Shown one piece after another: positions 10,164 to 21,027 of a DNA stretch of 64,000 nt. This stretch comes from an uncultured Bacteroidia bacterium (GTDB taxonomy: Bacteria > Bacteroidota > Bacteroidia > Bacteroidales > UBA932): contig CADAJF010000007.1 in assembly GCA_902788175.1 (NCBI GenBank), positions 34,775 to 98,774 on the forward strand, read 5' to 3'. Within the stretch, counting starts at the first letter, position 1. Every line of letters begins with the position of its first letter. The translations under genes were made by a program, and so were the position numbers. Below the pieces are notes generated by a model. That model was given only the letters and a program-made list of their open reading frames with translations. It did no database searches and had not been told where the DNA came from.

Positions 10164-11111
10164 ATGGCACCTGACGTTATCCAGTCCATCGACAGCATCC
10201 AGGTTCAACTGAATGCGGGTGGCATGAATACCATCAATATCATTCTCGCCTTCGTGATGTACGGCGTGGCGCTGGGCATCAAGCCCGCCATCTTTGTGGA
10301 AGTGTTCAAAAAGCCCAAGTCAGTGCTGCTGGGTATCCTGTGCCAGCTGGTACTGCTCCCCGCCCTCACCTGCCTGCTGGCAGTCCTTCTCACCGGCTGG
10401 ATTTCCCCCATGATGGGCCTGGGAATGATACTGGTAGCCTCTTGCCCGGGTGGCAATATCTCCAACTTCATGAGCTCCCTGGGAAAAGCCAATATAGAGC
10501 TCTCGGTAAGCCTCACGGCCATCTCCACCGCCCTGGCTGTCTTCCTCACGCCCTTCAACTTCTGGGCCTGGGGCACGCTCTATCTGCACTCGGCAGGGGT
10601 AGCCGGCAGCATTCCCACCCTGGTGATTCCCCTCTGGGACGTCTTCAAGACCATCTTCATCCTCCTGGGCATTCCGCTGGTCCTGGGCATCCTTACCAGC
10701 CAGTACCTCCCCAAGGTGGCCGCCGCCCTGAAAAAGCCCCTGCAGTGGCTCTCCATCATCATTTTCATCGCCATGGTGGTGCTTTCCTTCGGCAGCAACC
10801 TGGACGCCTTCCTCAAGTGCGTCAAGTATATCTTCCTGGTAGTACTGGTGCATAACTTCCTGGCCCTGAGTATCGGCTTTGGCGTGGGAACCCTCTTCAA
10901 AGTACCCTACCGGGACCGCCGCACCCTCACCATAGAAACCGGCATCCAGAACAGCGGCCTGGGCCTGGCGCTCATGCTGGGAACCAGCCTTTTTGCCGGC
11001 TTCCCGCCCCACGGCGGCATGCTGGTCATTACGGCCTGGTGGGGCATCTGGCACATCATCTCCGGCCTCACCGTAGCCACCATCTTCAACCGTACCCGCC
11101 GCGATGCCTGA
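10164..11111 (+). CDS. Bile acid:sodium symporter (BASS) family transporter
   Basis: SCPGGNISN and IETGIQNSGL motifs; about 9-10 TMs. Confidence 0.9.
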   Translation: MAPDVIQSIDSIQVQLNAGGMNTINIILAFVMYGVALGIKPAIFVEVFKKPKSVLLGILCQLVLLPALTCLLAVLLTGWISPMMGLGMILVASCPGGNISNFMSSLGKANIELSVSLTAISTALAVFLTPFNFWAWGTLYLHSAGVAGSIPTLVIPLWDVFKTIFILLGIPLVLGILTSQYLPKVAAALKKPLQWLSIIIFIAMVVLSFGSNLDAFLKCVKYIFLVVLVHNFLALSIGFGVGTLFKVPYRDRRTLTIETGIQNSGLGLALMLGTSLFAGFPPHGGMLVITAWWGIWHIISGLTVATIFNRTRRDA

Positions 11112-12051
11112 AATCTGGAAAAGCAACATCAGGTACAGGCTTCTTAGAAGCTACGCGGATTTCTGTACCAGAACCAGTTACTCTTCCCTGAAAGTGGAAG
11201 GTACGCCTCCCGCAGAAGGGGGCGCCGTTATCCTTGCGCCCAACCACTGCAATACCCTTATGGATGCGCTGGTGGTGTTGCAAAGCCGGAAGGCTCCCAC
11301 CGTTTTCGGCGCCCGGGCAGACATCTTCCGCAAAGCCGGCCGCGCCCTCCGCTTCCTGAAGATTCTTCCCCTGGCCCGCGAACGGGACGGAGCAGAGACC
11401 ATCAAAGAGTGCCTGGGTGCCTTTGAAGAAATTGACGCCACCCTGGCCGCCGGTGTACCCTTCTGCCTCTTTCCGGAGGGACGGCACCGCCCGGAGCGTA
11501 CGCTCCTTCCCATCCAGAAAGGCATCGCACGCATGGCCTTCCGCAGTGCAAGGCTGCGCCCCACCACGGTGGTCCCCATCGGCATCAACTACAGCCACTT
11601 TTTCCGTTTCCGGGGCTCCTGTCTCCTGCGCTACGGAGAACCCATGGACGTGAACGCCTTCCTGGAGGCCCATAGCCAAGAGAACGAAGCTGCCCAGTAC
11701 CAAGCCTTCCGGGAAGAGTTAGGGCACCGCATCCAGGCCCTGGTGCCACCGGAAGGCCCTGCCTTCCCCCGCCGCTGGTGGATCCTTCCCCTCTGGCCCC
11801 TTGCCGCCCTCCTCTCCCTCCCCCTCTGGGCCACGGCCGAGTGGCTGTGCCAGCGCAAAATCAAGGACAGAGCTTTTCACAACACCGCCCGCTTTGGTGT
11901 CAAGCTGTTGGGAACGCCCCTTTTCGCCCTCCTCTGGGGGATCCTTCTTTTCTGCCTGTTCCCCTGGCCCTGGGCCCTGGTCCTGCTGCTGCTCTACTTC
12001 TTCTCCTTCAGCATCTTCTACGAAGGCCTGCTGCTTTTGAACAAGCGCTAA
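11104..12051 (+). CDS. PlsC-like glycerolipid acyltransferase
   Basis: NHCNTLMD (HxxxxD-like) and FPEG motifs; C-terminal TMs. Confidence 0.8.
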   Translation: MPEIWKSNIRYRLLRSYADFCTRTSYSSLKVEGTPPAEGGAVILAPNHCNTLMDALVVLQSRKAPTVFGARADIFRKAGRALRFLKILPLARERDGAETIKECLGAFEEIDATLAAGVPFCLFPEGRHRPERTLLPIQKGIARMAFRSARLRPTTVVPIGINYSHFFRFRGSCLLRYGEPMDVNAFLEAHSQENEAAQYQAFREELGHRIQALVPPEGPAFPRRWWILPLWPLAALLSLPLWATAEWLCQRKIKDRAFHNTARFGVKLLGTPLFALLWGILLFCLFPWPWALVLLLLYFFSFSIFYEGLLLLNKR

Positions 12052-12102
12052 AAAAAACCCGCTCATCGCTGAACGGGGAATCATCTACTGATTTAAGGAA
12101 CT

Positions 12103-13719
12103 TTACAGCACGGGGCCGGCCTTGACCAGGGCCTTGCCTGCGCGGTTGCTCTCGTACTTGTGGAAGTTCTTGATGAAGCGGCCTGCCAGGTCTTTGGCTT
12201 TCTCTTCCCATTCTGCGGCGTTCTTGTAGGTGTCGCGGGGATCCAGGATGCCGGTGTCAACGCCAGCCAGCTTGGTGGGAACCTCGAAGTTGAAGTAAGG
12301 GATGAGCTTGGTAGGGGCCTTGTCGATGCTGCCATTGAGGATGGCGTCAATGATGCCGCGGGTATCCTTGATGGAGATGCGCTTGCCGGTACCGTTCCAG
12401 CCTGTGTTCACCAGGTAAGCCTTGGCGCCGCTCTTTTTCATCTTCTTCACCAGTTCCTCTGCGTACTTGGTGGGATGCAGCTCCAGGAAAGCCTGGCCGA
12501 AGCAGGCGCTGAAGGTGGGTGTGGGCTCGGTGATGCCGCGCTCCGTGCCGGCGAGCTTGGCGGTGAAACCGCTGAGGAAGTAGTATTTGGTCTGTTCCGG
12601 GGTGAGGATGGAAACCGGAGGCAGCACGCCGAAGGCATCTGCGCTGAGGAAGATGACCTGCTTGGCGGCGGGGCCGTGGCTTTCCGGACGGACAATTTTC
12701 TCGATGTGGTAGATGGGATAGCTTACGCGGGTGTTCTCCGTGACGGACTTGTCGTTGAAGTCAATCTTTCCGTCCTTGTCCACGGTGACATTCTCCAGGA
12801 GGGCATCCCGGCGGATGGCGTTGTAGATGTCCGGTTCGCTTTCCTTGTCCAGTTTGATGACCTTGGCATAGCAGCCGCCTTCGAAGTTGAAGACACCCTT
12901 GTTGTCCCAGCCGTGCTCGTCGTCGCCGATGAGGAGGCGCTTGGGATCCGTGCTGAGGGTGGTTTTGCCGGTACCGGAGAGGCCGAAGAAGATGGCGGTG
13001 TTCTCACCGTTGAGGTCCGTATTGGCGCTGCAGTGCATGGAGGCGATACCCTTCAGGGGCAGGTAATAGTTCATCATGGAGAACATACCTTTCTTCATCT
13101 CGCCGCCATACCAGGTGTTCAGGATAACCTGCTCACGGGAGGTGACGTTGAAGGCGATGCAGGTGTCGCTGCGAAGGCCCAGTTCCTTGTAGTTGTCCAC
13201 TTTGGCCTTGGCGGCGCAATAGACCACGAAATCCGGCTCCTGGTCAAATTCCTTCTGGTTTTTGGGGCGGATGAACATATTGGTCACGAAGTGGGCCTGC
13301 CAGGCAACTTCCATGATGAAGCGGATTTTCATGCGGGTATCCGCGTGGGTGCCGCAGAAACCGTCCACCACAAAGAGGCGCTTGCCGCTGAGCTGCTTCT
13401 GGGCCAGTTTCTTGACTACCTTCCAGGTGCCCACGCTCATTTTGTGGTTGTCGTTGGGATAGCCTTCGGTGGTCCACCAGATTTCGCCGGGTTTGCCTTC
13501 CTTGGTGGTGTTGTCATAGACAATGTACTTGTCTTTGGGTGAACGGCCGGTATATACGCCCGTCATTACATTGATGGCACCCAGTTCCGTTACCTGTCCC
13601 TTGTCAAAACCTTCCAGTTCGGGTTTGGTTTCTTCGTTGTAGAGAACCTCGTACGTGGGGTTGTAAAGGACTTCCTTCACTCCGGAGATGCCGTACTTCT
13701 TGAGATCGATGTTAGCCAT
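12103..13719 (-). CDS. pckA: Phosphoenolpyruvate carboxykinase (ATP)
   Basis: [31 protein letters not shown] and FEGGCYAK motifs. Confidence 0.98.
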   Translation of the reverse strand: MANIDLKKYGISGVKEVLYNPTYEVLYNEETKPELEGFDKGQVTELGAINVMTGVYTGRSPKDKYIVYDNTTKEGKPGEIWWTTEGYPNDNHKMSVGTWKVVKKLAQKQLSGKRLFVVDGFCGTHADTRMKIRFIMEVAWQAHFVTNMFIRPKNQKEFDQEPDFVVYCAAKAKVDNYKELGLRSDTCIAFNVTSREQVILNTWYGGEMKKGMFSMMNYYLPLKGIASMHCSANTDLNGENTAIFFGLSGTGKTTLSTDPKRLLIGDDEHGWDNKGVFNFEGGCYAKVIKLDKESEPDIYNAIRRDALLENVTVDKDGKIDFNDKSVTENTRVSYPIYHIEKIVRPESHGPAAKQVIFLSADAFGVLPPVSILTPEQTKYYFLSGFTAKLAGTERGITEPTPTFSACFGQAFLELHPTKYAEELVKKMKKSGAKAYLVNTGWNGTGKRISIKDTRGIIDAILNGSIDKAPTKLIPYFNFEVPTKLAGVDTGILDPRDTYKNAAEWEEKAKDLAGRFIKNFHKYESNRAGKALVKAGPVL

Positions 13720-13754
13720 AAAAAAAACATATCTTAATGAATCAACTAATTTCG

Positions 13755-13762
13755 CAAATATA
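13755..13762 (-). promoter_or_regulatory. -7 promoter box (TATATTTG) for pckA
   Basis: TAnnTTTG consensus upstream of the ATG. Confidence 0.65.
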
Positions 13763-13773
13763 ATAAAAACCTC

Positions 13774-14700
13774 TTACTTTTCCAAGCGCGCGGCTATCCT
13801 TTTCCGAAGGCCGGAAGCCAGCGGGACGTCTTCCAGCTTGTCGGCCTGGTCCAGCCAGCGCTCCGCAAGGGTATAATCCTCCAAAAGGAAGAAAGCCATG
13901 GCTATGTTGTAGCAGGCACAGGCGCGGCTGAGGGCACTTCCGCTTTTAAGGAGCGGAGCCCAGTTGTCCACGGCGGCAGCCGGATGGCCGGTGGCCACAT
14001 TGGCCAGGCCGCTTATCCACTGCTCCGAGCCAAAACCGTCATAGTAGTAGAAACTGAAACTCTCCGTATTCCAGACAGAGAGGAAAGGCTTGGAGATGCG
14101 TCCGCCCACGTTTTCCGCTTCTCCTTCCAGGCTGCGCAGGGCCAGCGTCTTGAGGCCTTCCTGGGTGAGCATGCCGCTGTTGAAAACCCGCGGACGCATG
14201 GAGGCCGATCCCCGGAACTTGTGCACTTTGTCCTGCCCCATGCTGTCATAGACATAGAGCTGGGTCTTGACCGGAATGACGGCAGGACATACATAGGCAG
14301 AATCGGCCGATTTGGCATTGTGTACCTGCATGTTGGTCTCCATCTGAGGTTCGCCCAGTTCGCTGGAAAGGACAAACACCACGTCCCCTTCCGTTTCCAT
14401 CACCAGCGAATGCATCAACTCCAGCGACACGGAATCCGCGCGGGCAGTGCGGAAAATCCCGATTTCCTCCCGTCCGTCCAGGTAATCTTCCTCCAGGGAA
14501 CGGGCCAGGGCCGATGCTGCCTGCCGGTCAAAGAGGGAATCGGCCGGAGAGGCCCCGTCCATGTAAACTATGGAGATATTCTTGCCAGCAAGCTTGAGAC
14601 CCGAGGTGGAAGGCTGGCGCACATCCATGTAAAGCGGATACACCTGCGGAGAGCATGCTGCAGCCAAAAGGGCTACAGCCAAAATCCAAGACTTTTTCAT
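13774..14700 (-). CDS. Uncharacterised lipoprotein with C-terminal TPR-like helices (DUF6340-like)
   Basis: Lipobox AAAC; C-terminal ACYNIAMAF..LEDY..A..WL..A TPR-like pattern. Confidence 0.6.
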   Translation of the reverse strand: MKKSWILAVALLAAACSPQVYPLYMDVRQPSTSGLKLAGKNISIVYMDGASPADSLFDRQAASALARSLEEDYLDGREEIGIFRTARADSVSLELMHSLVMETEGDVVFVLSSELGEPQMETNMQVHNAKSADSAYVCPAVIPVKTQLYVYDSMGQDKVHKFRGSASMRPRVFNSGMLTQEGLKTLALRSLEGEAENVGGRISKPFLSVWNTESFSFYYYDGFGSEQWISGLANVATGHPAAAVDNWAPLLKSGSALSRACACYNIAMAFFLLEDYTLAERWLDQADKLEDVPLASGLRKRIAARLEK

Positions 14701-16010
14701 ATCACTTCTGCACTAAGGTCGTATTCATCGGCCGCGGTGATGCGCACCTGCAGGAACTGCCCCACGAGGGAGCTTGCCGGAACGCCGTCAAAGGCCGCCG
14801 CCGTATATTTTACCAGGATTTCACCATCCACTTCCGGGCTTTCGAATTCACTTCGGCACACGAGGATGCCGTCTGAGAAGTCGTCCACCAGGACCCGGAC
14901 CTGGGTGCCAATCCGGCTTTGGTTATATGCAAGGGATATGCCACGCTGCACTTCCATTAGGGAATCCAGCCTGCGCCGCTTGGTAAGGGCCGACACACTG
15001 TCCTTGAAATGCGTTGCCCCGTAGGTCCCTTCCTCCTCCGAATAGGTGAAGGCGCCCATGCGCTGGAAGCGGGCTTCGCGGACAAAGTCCACCAGCTCCT
15101 CGAAGTCTGCCTTGCGCTCTCCGGGATGGCCCACGATCAGAGTGGTGCGCAGGGCAACGCCGGGCACTTTTTCCCGCATGCGGCGAATCAGCTCGCGCGT
15201 CCAGGCGCCGTCCACATGCCGGTGCATGGCATCCAGCACCCGGTCGCTCACATGCTGGAGCGGAATGTCCATGTAGCGGCATACCTTGGGGTTGGAGGCC
15301 ATTTCTTCCAGGACATCCTCGGGGAAATCGGCGGGATAAGAATAGTGGATGCGCAGCCATTCGATGCCTTCCACCGCAGAGAGTTTGCGCAGCAGCTGGG
15401 CCAGTGCGCGGTGCCCATACAGGTCCAGCCCATAATAAGTGGTATCCTGGGCGATGATCACCAGCTCCCGGATGCCGCGGGCAGCCAACTGCTCCGCTTC
15501 CCTGACCAGCGTTTCCATGGGGACGGAACGGTGCGCCCCGCGGATAAAGGGGATGGCGCAGTAGGAGCAGCGGCGGTTGCAGCCCTCCGAAATCTTGAAA
15601 AAGGCATAGGGACGCTTTCCGGAAGTGAGTACCCGGCTGTGCTCCCGCTCCGGGGAGTATTTGCAGCCCAGGGCCTCTACCAGCGGGGCCAGGTCCCTGG
15701 CGCCGAACCAGCCGTCCACCTCCGGAATCAGCTCCGGAAGCTCGCTGGCATAACGCTGGGACAGGCAACCAAAAACAAGCAGACGGCCTGCGCCGCCCGC
15801 TTTCTTCCTTTCGCAGGCTGCCAGAATGGTCTGGACAGACTGCTCCTTGGCGTCCCCTATGAAACCGCAGGTATTGACCAGCAGGACATCCACGGGAGAG
15901 GTCTGCTCCTCAGGCACCAGCTCATAGGCATCCTGTACCTGGGCAAGCAGATGCTCCGTGTCCACGGTGTTTTTGGAGCACCCGAGGGTAATGACCTGCA
16001 GGGTGGGCAT
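14697..16010 (-). CDS. rimO: Ribosomal protein S12 methylthiotransferase
   Basis: LGCSKNTVD, NTCGFI, radical-SAM CNRRCSYC and SPEVDG (TRAM) motifs. Confidence 0.95.
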   Translation of the reverse strand: MPTLQVITLGCSKNTVDTEHLLAQVQDAYELVPEEQTSPVDVLLVNTCGFIGDAKEQSVQTILAACERKKAGGAGRLLVFGCLSQRYASELPELIPEVDGWFGARDLAPLVEALGCKYSPEREHSRVLTSGKRPYAFFKISEGCNRRCSYCAIPFIRGAHRSVPMETLVREAEQLAARGIRELVIIAQDTTYYGLDLYGHRALAQLLRKLSAVEGIEWLRIHYSYPADFPEDVLEEMASNPKVCRYMDIPLQHVSDRVLDAMHRHVDGAWTRELIRRMREKVPGVALRTTLIVGHPGERKADFEELVDFVREARFQRMGAFTYSEEEGTYGATHFKDSVSALTKRRRLDSLMEVQRGISLAYNQSRIGTQVRVLVDDFSDGILVCRSEFESPEVDGEILVKYTAAAFDGVPASSLVGQFLQVRITAADEYDLSAEVI

Positions 16011-16442
16011 TTAAGCCTCCTGGGCGGCCTGGGCTTCCCTTTCCTCGTCGGTGAGGAAATCCAGGGAGGCGTACTGTTTGAGGGTATTGTACCAGTCCAC
16101 CACCTTCTTCATGTGGGAGACGTAGAAGCGATTTTCGTCGTAGGAAGGGATGGCCTTGGCAAAAAGGGCCTTGAGCTCTGCTTCCGGAGCCTTGGAACCG
16201 GGAGCGTTCTCTTCGCCCAGCACCTCATGCATCTTGCCGAACACCTCATGGAGCTTCATCTCCCCTTCTTCGGTGTAAATGGCGATGTCTGCCAGGGTGG
16301 TGATGCCGGCGCTGGCGCTGAAATTACTGCGCTTGTGGTCTTCCAGGGACTCTACGATGGCACCGCTGCGCGATGCGGCGATATAGTTGAACAGTCCGTG
16401 CTGACCACGGATGGAGAGGATTTTTGCTAAATCGGTTTTCAT
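16011..16442 (-). CDS. Conserved Bacteroidota protein (DUF5606-like)
   Basis: ILSIRGQHGLF, LADIAIYT and FYVSHMKK..WYN patterns; ATGA overlap with coaE. Confidence 0.75.
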   Translation of the reverse strand: MKTDLAKILSIRGQHGLFNYIAASRSGAIVESLEDHKRSNFSASAGITTLADIAIYTEEGEMKLHEVFGKMHEVLGEENAPGSKAPEAELKALFAKAIPSYDENRFYVSHMKKVVDWYNTLKQYASLDFLTDEEREAQAAQEA

Positions 16443-17053
16443 CTTTTTTCGGATTTCAATAACTTGCAAATATAGCCATTTTTCTCGAAAAACACACGCT
16501 CCACGGCGGCCGAAAGCTCCTCGGGCGTTCCTTCATTGGGAAGCAGCACCTGTGCCCGGTCCTGCGGAATATCCTGTGCTGCCATACGGGCCAGGACGGC
16601 CTCCTTGGAGGCACCGTCACGGGCCATCACGCGCTCAAGGCGCAGTTCCCGGGGTGCCGTCACCAGCACCACCGCATCCCAAAGGCCCTCAAACAGCGGT
16701 TTGGAGAGGATGACGGCCGACTCCAGCACCACAAAAGGCGCCCCGGCCTGCCGCTCCCGCCAGCGGGAAAAATCCTGCAAAAGCGCCGGATACACCAGCG
16801 CTTCCACCTTTTCACGCGCCATCGCATCGGAGAAAATGGCAGCCGCCAGCAGCTTTTTATCCAGCTTCCCTTCCGCCGTGCGGATGGGAACGCCCAGCGC
16901 CTCTTCCATGCGCCGGACAAGGGATTTCCGGCGGGCATAGAGCTGCTTGGTCCTGGCGTCAGAGTCATAGACGGGAACGCCCCTTTCGCGAAGGAGCGCC
17001 GCCACGGCAGACTTTCCGCTGCCGATAAGACCGGTAAGGACGATGGTTTTCAT
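16439..17053 (-). CDS. coaE: Dephospho-CoA kinase
   Basis: LTGLIGSGKS P-loop, YDSD, RVMARDG. Confidence 0.93.
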   Translation of the reverse strand: MKTIVLTGLIGSGKSAVAALLRERGVPVYDSDARTKQLYARRKSLVRRMEEALGVPIRTAEGKLDKKLLAAAIFSDAMAREKVEALVYPALLQDFSRWRERQAGAPFVVLESAVILSKPLFEGLWDAVVLVTAPRELRLERVMARDGASKEAVLARMAAQDIPQDRAQVLLPNEGTPEELSAAVERVFFEKNGYICKLLKSEKR

Positions 17054-18022
17054 CTAGCGAAGGTCCACACAGTCGAATACTTCCGGCTCTACCCGGTAAT
17101 CCAGCACGCCTGGAGGGAGCCGCATGGCGCGGGCGGCGCAGCGGCCGTTAAGGGAGGCGGAAAAGTCATTCCAGTCCACATACAGGCGGAAAGCCGGGAG
17201 CGGATCCTTGGCAAGGGGGAAAACGCAGCGCAGAACCACCTGGGCCTGAGGCGGATACACCTGCAACTGGGACCCGGAAGGCATGTTAACCACCTCTACG
17301 GGTACCGTGGCGCGAAGCTCTACGTAGCGGGAAACGGGAAGTTCATAGCTCACTTCCTCTGCCGACATCCGCACCCCCTTGATGGGCGTAAGGCGCAGCA
17401 CGCCGTGCTTGCTTTCATGCACGTCCGAGAGCACGATGCGGGCGGCGCTCACCTTCTCCACGGCGGCAAGGCTGGACTCATCCCCATAGACCACCACCGA
17501 GTCCGGCGACACGGTAAACGGCCCGGAGAGCATGTACTGCGAGCGGCACTGCACCGACTTGTGCACCTGCACGGGCACTTTCTTGTGGTTCTCTGCGGGG
17601 AAGATGAAGGTGAGGGTGTCCGAGATGAAGGCTTCCACCACGGCACCGTCCCCGAAAAACTGGTTCACGTAGGAGTTTTTGGCCCCGCCCACCACGCTAT
17701 AAGTATGCGGGGCTGTGGCGCGAAGGTCTGTCCGGTCAAAGCGCACTTTCACTACGCTGCGCTCCCGGCGGCTGCGCTCCCTCAGGAGCCGGAAGCCGTC
17801 CGTGCGGCAACGGGCGCTCACCACCACGGTGTTGGTGGATTCCATGCCGTGGCCCTCAATGTTGCACTGGGCCACCACCGGCACGCTGACGGTACCGGAA
17901 TACTCTTTCGAGAGATTGGTCAGAAACCACACCACAACGGCCATCAGCAAGGACGGAATCACAATGATCCATTCCCTGCCCCAACTGCTGACAATGTCCC
18001 TGATGCGGTCTTTCAGGGCCAT
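17054..18022 (-). CDS. YbbR/CdaR-like membrane protein
   Basis: N-terminal TM (WFLTNLSKEY) and KKVPV...PDSVVVYG YbbR-like repeats; typical position between yajC and coaE. Confidence 0.7.
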   Translation of the reverse strand: MALKDRIRDIVSSWGREWIIVIPSLLMAVVVWFLTNLSKEYSGTVSVPVVAQCNIEGHGMESTNTVVVSARCRTDGFRLLRERSRRERSVVKVRFDRTDLRATAPHTYSVVGGAKNSYVNQFFGDGAVVEAFISDTLTFIFPAENHKKVPVQVHKSVQCRSQYMLSGPFTVSPDSVVVYGDESSLAAVEKVSAARIVLSDVHESKHGVLRLTPIKGVRMSAEEVSYELPVSRYVELRATVPVEVVNMPSGSQLQVYPPQAQVVLRCVFPLAKDPLPAFRLYVDWNDFSASLNGRCAARAMRLPPGVLDYRVEPEVFDCVDLR

Positions 18023-18028
18023 GGGAGG

Positions 18029-18370
18029 CTACTTTTGGACGCTCTCGGTGTAATCCTTGACCAGACCCTGCTTGTCCACGCGAAGCTTGACGTCCCCATC
18101 TACCTTGATAAGGGCGGTTTTCTCGTTCACTTCCACAATTTCTCCGTAGATACCGCCGACGGTCACTACTTTGTCACCCTTCTTGAGGGAGTTGCGGAAT
18201 TCCTGCATTTCCTTCTGCTGCTTGCGCTGCGGACGGATCATGAACAGCCACATCACGCCAATGATGGCGCCGAACATCAGGATGGTGGGCCACATGCTGG
18301 CCTGGGGGGCACCCTCTCCGGCGGGAGCGGCGGCAGGGCCCATCAGAAGGAGGTAAGAAAGGAGTTTCAT
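18029..18370 (-). CDS. yajC: Preprotein translocase subunit YajC
   Basis: FMIRPQRKQQKE and LKKGDKVVTVGGIYG; start ATG at 18370 overlaps the nusB stop. Confidence 0.95.
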   Translation of the reverse strand: MKLLSYLLLMGPAAAPAGEGAPQASMWPTILMFGAIIGVMWLFMIRPQRKQQKEMQEFRNSLKKGDKVVTVGGIYGEIVEVNEKTALIKVDGDVKLRVDKQGLVKDYTESVQK

Positions 18371-19287
18371 ACGCTTTTGTTGATTATGCCCTGCTGCATG
18401 CGGTCCTTGATCAGGCGGTCCAGCAGACCGTTCACAAAGCTGCGGCTCTTGGGCGTTGAGTAATACTTGGAAATTTCTACATATTCGTTGATGGTCACCT
18501 TCACGGGGATTTCCGGGAATGTTTCCGCCTCTGTCACACCCATGGCGATGAGGATGATGTCCGTGGTGAAAAGGCGCTCCCTGTCCCACTGGGGAACAGA
18601 GGCGGCCACCAGGGTGTACAGCTCCGAGAAACGGCCATAGGACGCAGACAAAAGGGCACGGACAAAGTCCCTTGAGTCACTCTGGTAGAGCTCCGGGTAC
18701 TTCCAGCGGCCGCTGCGGCCCAGCTCCTCCAGGCTGCGGATGCAGGTGCCCAGGGCGTAAGCGAGGTCATCGGCCCAGTGGATGGAGAGGTCCTCCAGGA
18801 TGGCGGCGAGGGACTCATCGTCTTCGAATTCCTCTGCGAAAATGCGCTTCCAAAGGGCGGCATCTTCCTGCAGGGAGCGCCCCTCACGGGCCATGTATTC
18901 CTGGTAATAGGGACGGGTTTTCAGGTTCTCATACAGGGTATGGAGGAAGGCGTCGTTTTGCGACCAGGAGAACTTCTTTTTCTGGATAAGCCTCTCAAAA
19001 TCAGGGTCATTGGAAAGGAGGGCCGATATGCCGTTTTCCACAAACTTGCAGTTGGGATGCAGGTCTTCCTCCGTAGGGTTGAACTTCCCGCGGGCGGCCT
19101 CGATGCGGCGGGCGGCTTCCCCGGTTAGGGCGGGGATGATGGCGAGCATGTAAAGGTAGAGGTCCCGCGTGGCTTCGCACGAAGCCTCAAGGCTTGAGAG
19201 CGCCTCTTTCAACGTAAGGTCCGGGTTCTCCTGGCAGGAGTACAGGACCTTGAAGGCCTTGATTCTTAAAATGCGGCGGTTGAGCAT
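18367..19287 (-). CDS. nusB: Transcription antitermination factor NusB (long Bacteroidota form)
   Basis: MLNRRILRIK start; IPVKVTINEYVEISKYYSTPKS..FVNGLLD. Confidence 0.93.
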   Translation of the reverse strand: MLNRRILRIKAFKVLYSCQENPDLTLKEALSSLEASCEATRDLYLYMLAIIPALTGEAARRIEAARGKFNPTEEDLHPNCKFVENGISALLSNDPDFERLIQKKKFSWSQNDAFLHTLYENLKTRPYYQEYMAREGRSLQEDAALWKRIFAEEFEDDESLAAILEDLSIHWADDLAYALGTCIRSLEELGRSGRWKYPELYQSDSRDFVRALLSASYGRFSELYTLVAASVPQWDRERLFTTDIILIAMGVTEAETFPEIPVKVTINEYVEISKYYSTPKSRSFVNGLLDRLIKDRMQQGIINKSV

Positions 19288-19305
19288 AATGTCAAATAAT
19301 TTGGA

Positions 19306-19342
19306 CAAAGTTAGCGTTTTTTAAATAATTTCCCTAAATTTG
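19306..19342. promoter_or_regulatory. Divergent -7 promoter boxes for nusB (-, 19306-19313) and the DUF3276 gene (+, 19335-19342)
   Basis: TAACTTTG on - strand and TAAATTTG on + strand. Confidence 0.65.
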
Positions 19343-19371
19343 TAGACAGAAAACACAAAAACGGCACAGGT

Positions 19372-19719
19372 ATGTACAGTGAAGATTACGAGCGTCCTTA
19401 CGCTCAGGAGAGGAATTCGGACGATGTTTATTCCAAACCGGTTCGCGCCGGTAAGCGCACCTATTTCTTTGACGTAAAGTCCACCAAGGGCAACAACGAT
19501 TTTTATCTTACCATCACGGAAAGCAAGCGCCGCCTGGAGCGGGACGGCTCTTTCACCTACGACAAACACAAGATCTTCCTCTACAAGGAGGACTTCGAGA
19601 AATTCCAGGAAGGCCTTCAGGAAGCCATCCGCTACATCATGCATGACCTCTTGCATGACCAGCCCATCCGACAATATTCCCCCAGGGAGGAGCAGGAAGG
19701 CAGCGAAGAAGCTTTTTAA
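19372..19719 (+). CDS. DUF3276 / PUR-like nucleic-acid-binding protein
   Basis: RAGKRTYFFDVK, YLTITESK and KHKIFLYKEDF motifs. Confidence 0.88.
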   Translation: MYSEDYERPYAQERNSDDVYSKPVRAGKRTYFFDVKSTKGNNDFYLTITESKRRLERDGSFTYDKHKIFLYKEDFEKFQEGLQEAIRYIMHDLLHDQPIRQYSPREEQEGSEEAF

Positions 19720-19726
19720 ACCCTAC

Positions 19727-19751
19727 AACCGGCACGCTCTGCCGGTTTTTT
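19727..19751 (+). terminator. Intrinsic terminator after DUF3276 gene
   Basis: AACCGGCA-cgctc-TGCCGGTT followed by a T-run. Confidence 0.75.
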
Positions 19752-19773
19752 CAAACCTTGGCGCAAGAGCCCT

Positions 19774-21018
19774 ATGATACTTCTTAAAAACATCCTGAAC
19801 GGAAACGCCCGAACGGACATCCTCGTCAAGGACGGCCGCATCGCCGCCATCGGCCCCCAGCTGGAACCTGTTCCCGGAGCAGAAGTCCTGGACGGCAGCC
19901 GCAAGGCGGTGATACCGGCTTTTCTGAACATGCACACCCACGCCGGCATGATTCTCCTCCGCGGCATCCACGAGGACCTCAAGCTCCAGGAATGGCTGAA
20001 TCGCATCTGGAAAATCGAAGCCGTCCTGGACCGGGACTTCATGTATTGGAGCACCAAGGCCGCCTGCCTGGAAATGATCCGCTGCGGCACCTCCACCTTC
20101 AATGACCAATACTGGTTCTGCACCGCGGCCCGGGAAGCCGCCCTGGAGATGGGCCTGCGCCCCGTACTCTCCTTCGTTTTCCTGGATTCCATGAACGCGG
20201 AAACCGCCGCCGCACAGCGGGAAGCTTTCCTGAGTCTGTATGAGCGCTCGCGCGAGTGGGGGGATGAGTCCATGTTCGCCGTCTCCATCCATTCCGTCTA
20301 TACCGTCAGCGAGGAAAACATCCGCTGGGCCAGTAACTTTGCCAAGGAGCACGGCTTAAGGGTACACGTACACCTGTCGGAAACCCTCAAGGAGAACCAG
20401 GACTGTCTCCAAGCGCATGGAGTGTCCCCCACCGCCTATCTGGACAGCCTGGACATCTGGGGGCCCCATGTCATTGCCGCCCACTGCCTCCACTTGTCGG
20501 AGGAGGATATCCGTATCCTGGGGCAGCACCGCGTCAACTGCGTCCACAATATCCACTCCAACCTCAAGCTCGCTTCCGGTTACCGCTTCCCCTACCAGGA
20601 ACTGCGGGACGCCGGCGCCAACGTATGCCTGGGTACGGACGGTGCATCCTCCGGCAACGACATGGACATGCTCTCCCACATGAAGACGGTCGCCCTTATG
20701 CAGAAGGCCTGGCGGGAGGACCCCAGCGCCATGCATCTGCAGGAGCTGCTGGACTGCGCCACGGTAAACGGCGCCCGGGCACTGGGCCTTGACAGCGGCG
20801 TCATCCGCGAAGGTGCTTGGGCAGACCTCTCCATCATAGACATGGACAACAGCTATTTCCTCTCTCCCGGCTCGCTGGCCGCCAACCTGGTGTACGCCGC
20901 ACCCAGCCAAGTCATCTCTTCCCTGATGGTACGCGGAAAATGGGTGATGCAAAACCGCCGGATCCCCGAAGAGGAAACCATCCTGGAAGGCGCCCGCAGC
21001 GTCCTTTCCCAAATTTAA
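19774..21018 (+). CDS. Amidohydrolase, MTA/SAH/adenosine deaminase-like (MtaD family)
   Basis: HTH, HSVY, HLSET, AHC, SNLKL and GTDG metal/catalytic motifs; adjacent to PNP genes. Confidence 0.8.
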   Translation: MILLKNILNGNARTDILVKDGRIAAIGPQLEPVPGAEVLDGSRKAVIPAFLNMHTHAGMILLRGIHEDLKLQEWLNRIWKIEAVLDRDFMYWSTKAACLEMIRCGTSTFNDQYWFCTAAREAALEMGLRPVLSFVFLDSMNAETAAAQREAFLSLYERSREWGDESMFAVSIHSVYTVSEENIRWASNFAKEHGLRVHVHLSETLKENQDCLQAHGVSPTAYLDSLDIWGPHVIAAHCLHLSEEDIRILGQHRVNCVHNIHSNLKLASGYRFPYQELRDAGANVCLGTDGASSGNDMDMLSHMKTVALMQKAWREDPSAMHLQELLDCATVNGARALGLDSGVIREGAWADLSIIDMDNSYFLSPGSLAANLVYAAPSQVISSLMVRGKWVMQNRRIPEEETILEGARSVLSQI

Positions 21019-21027
21019 ACAATCCTT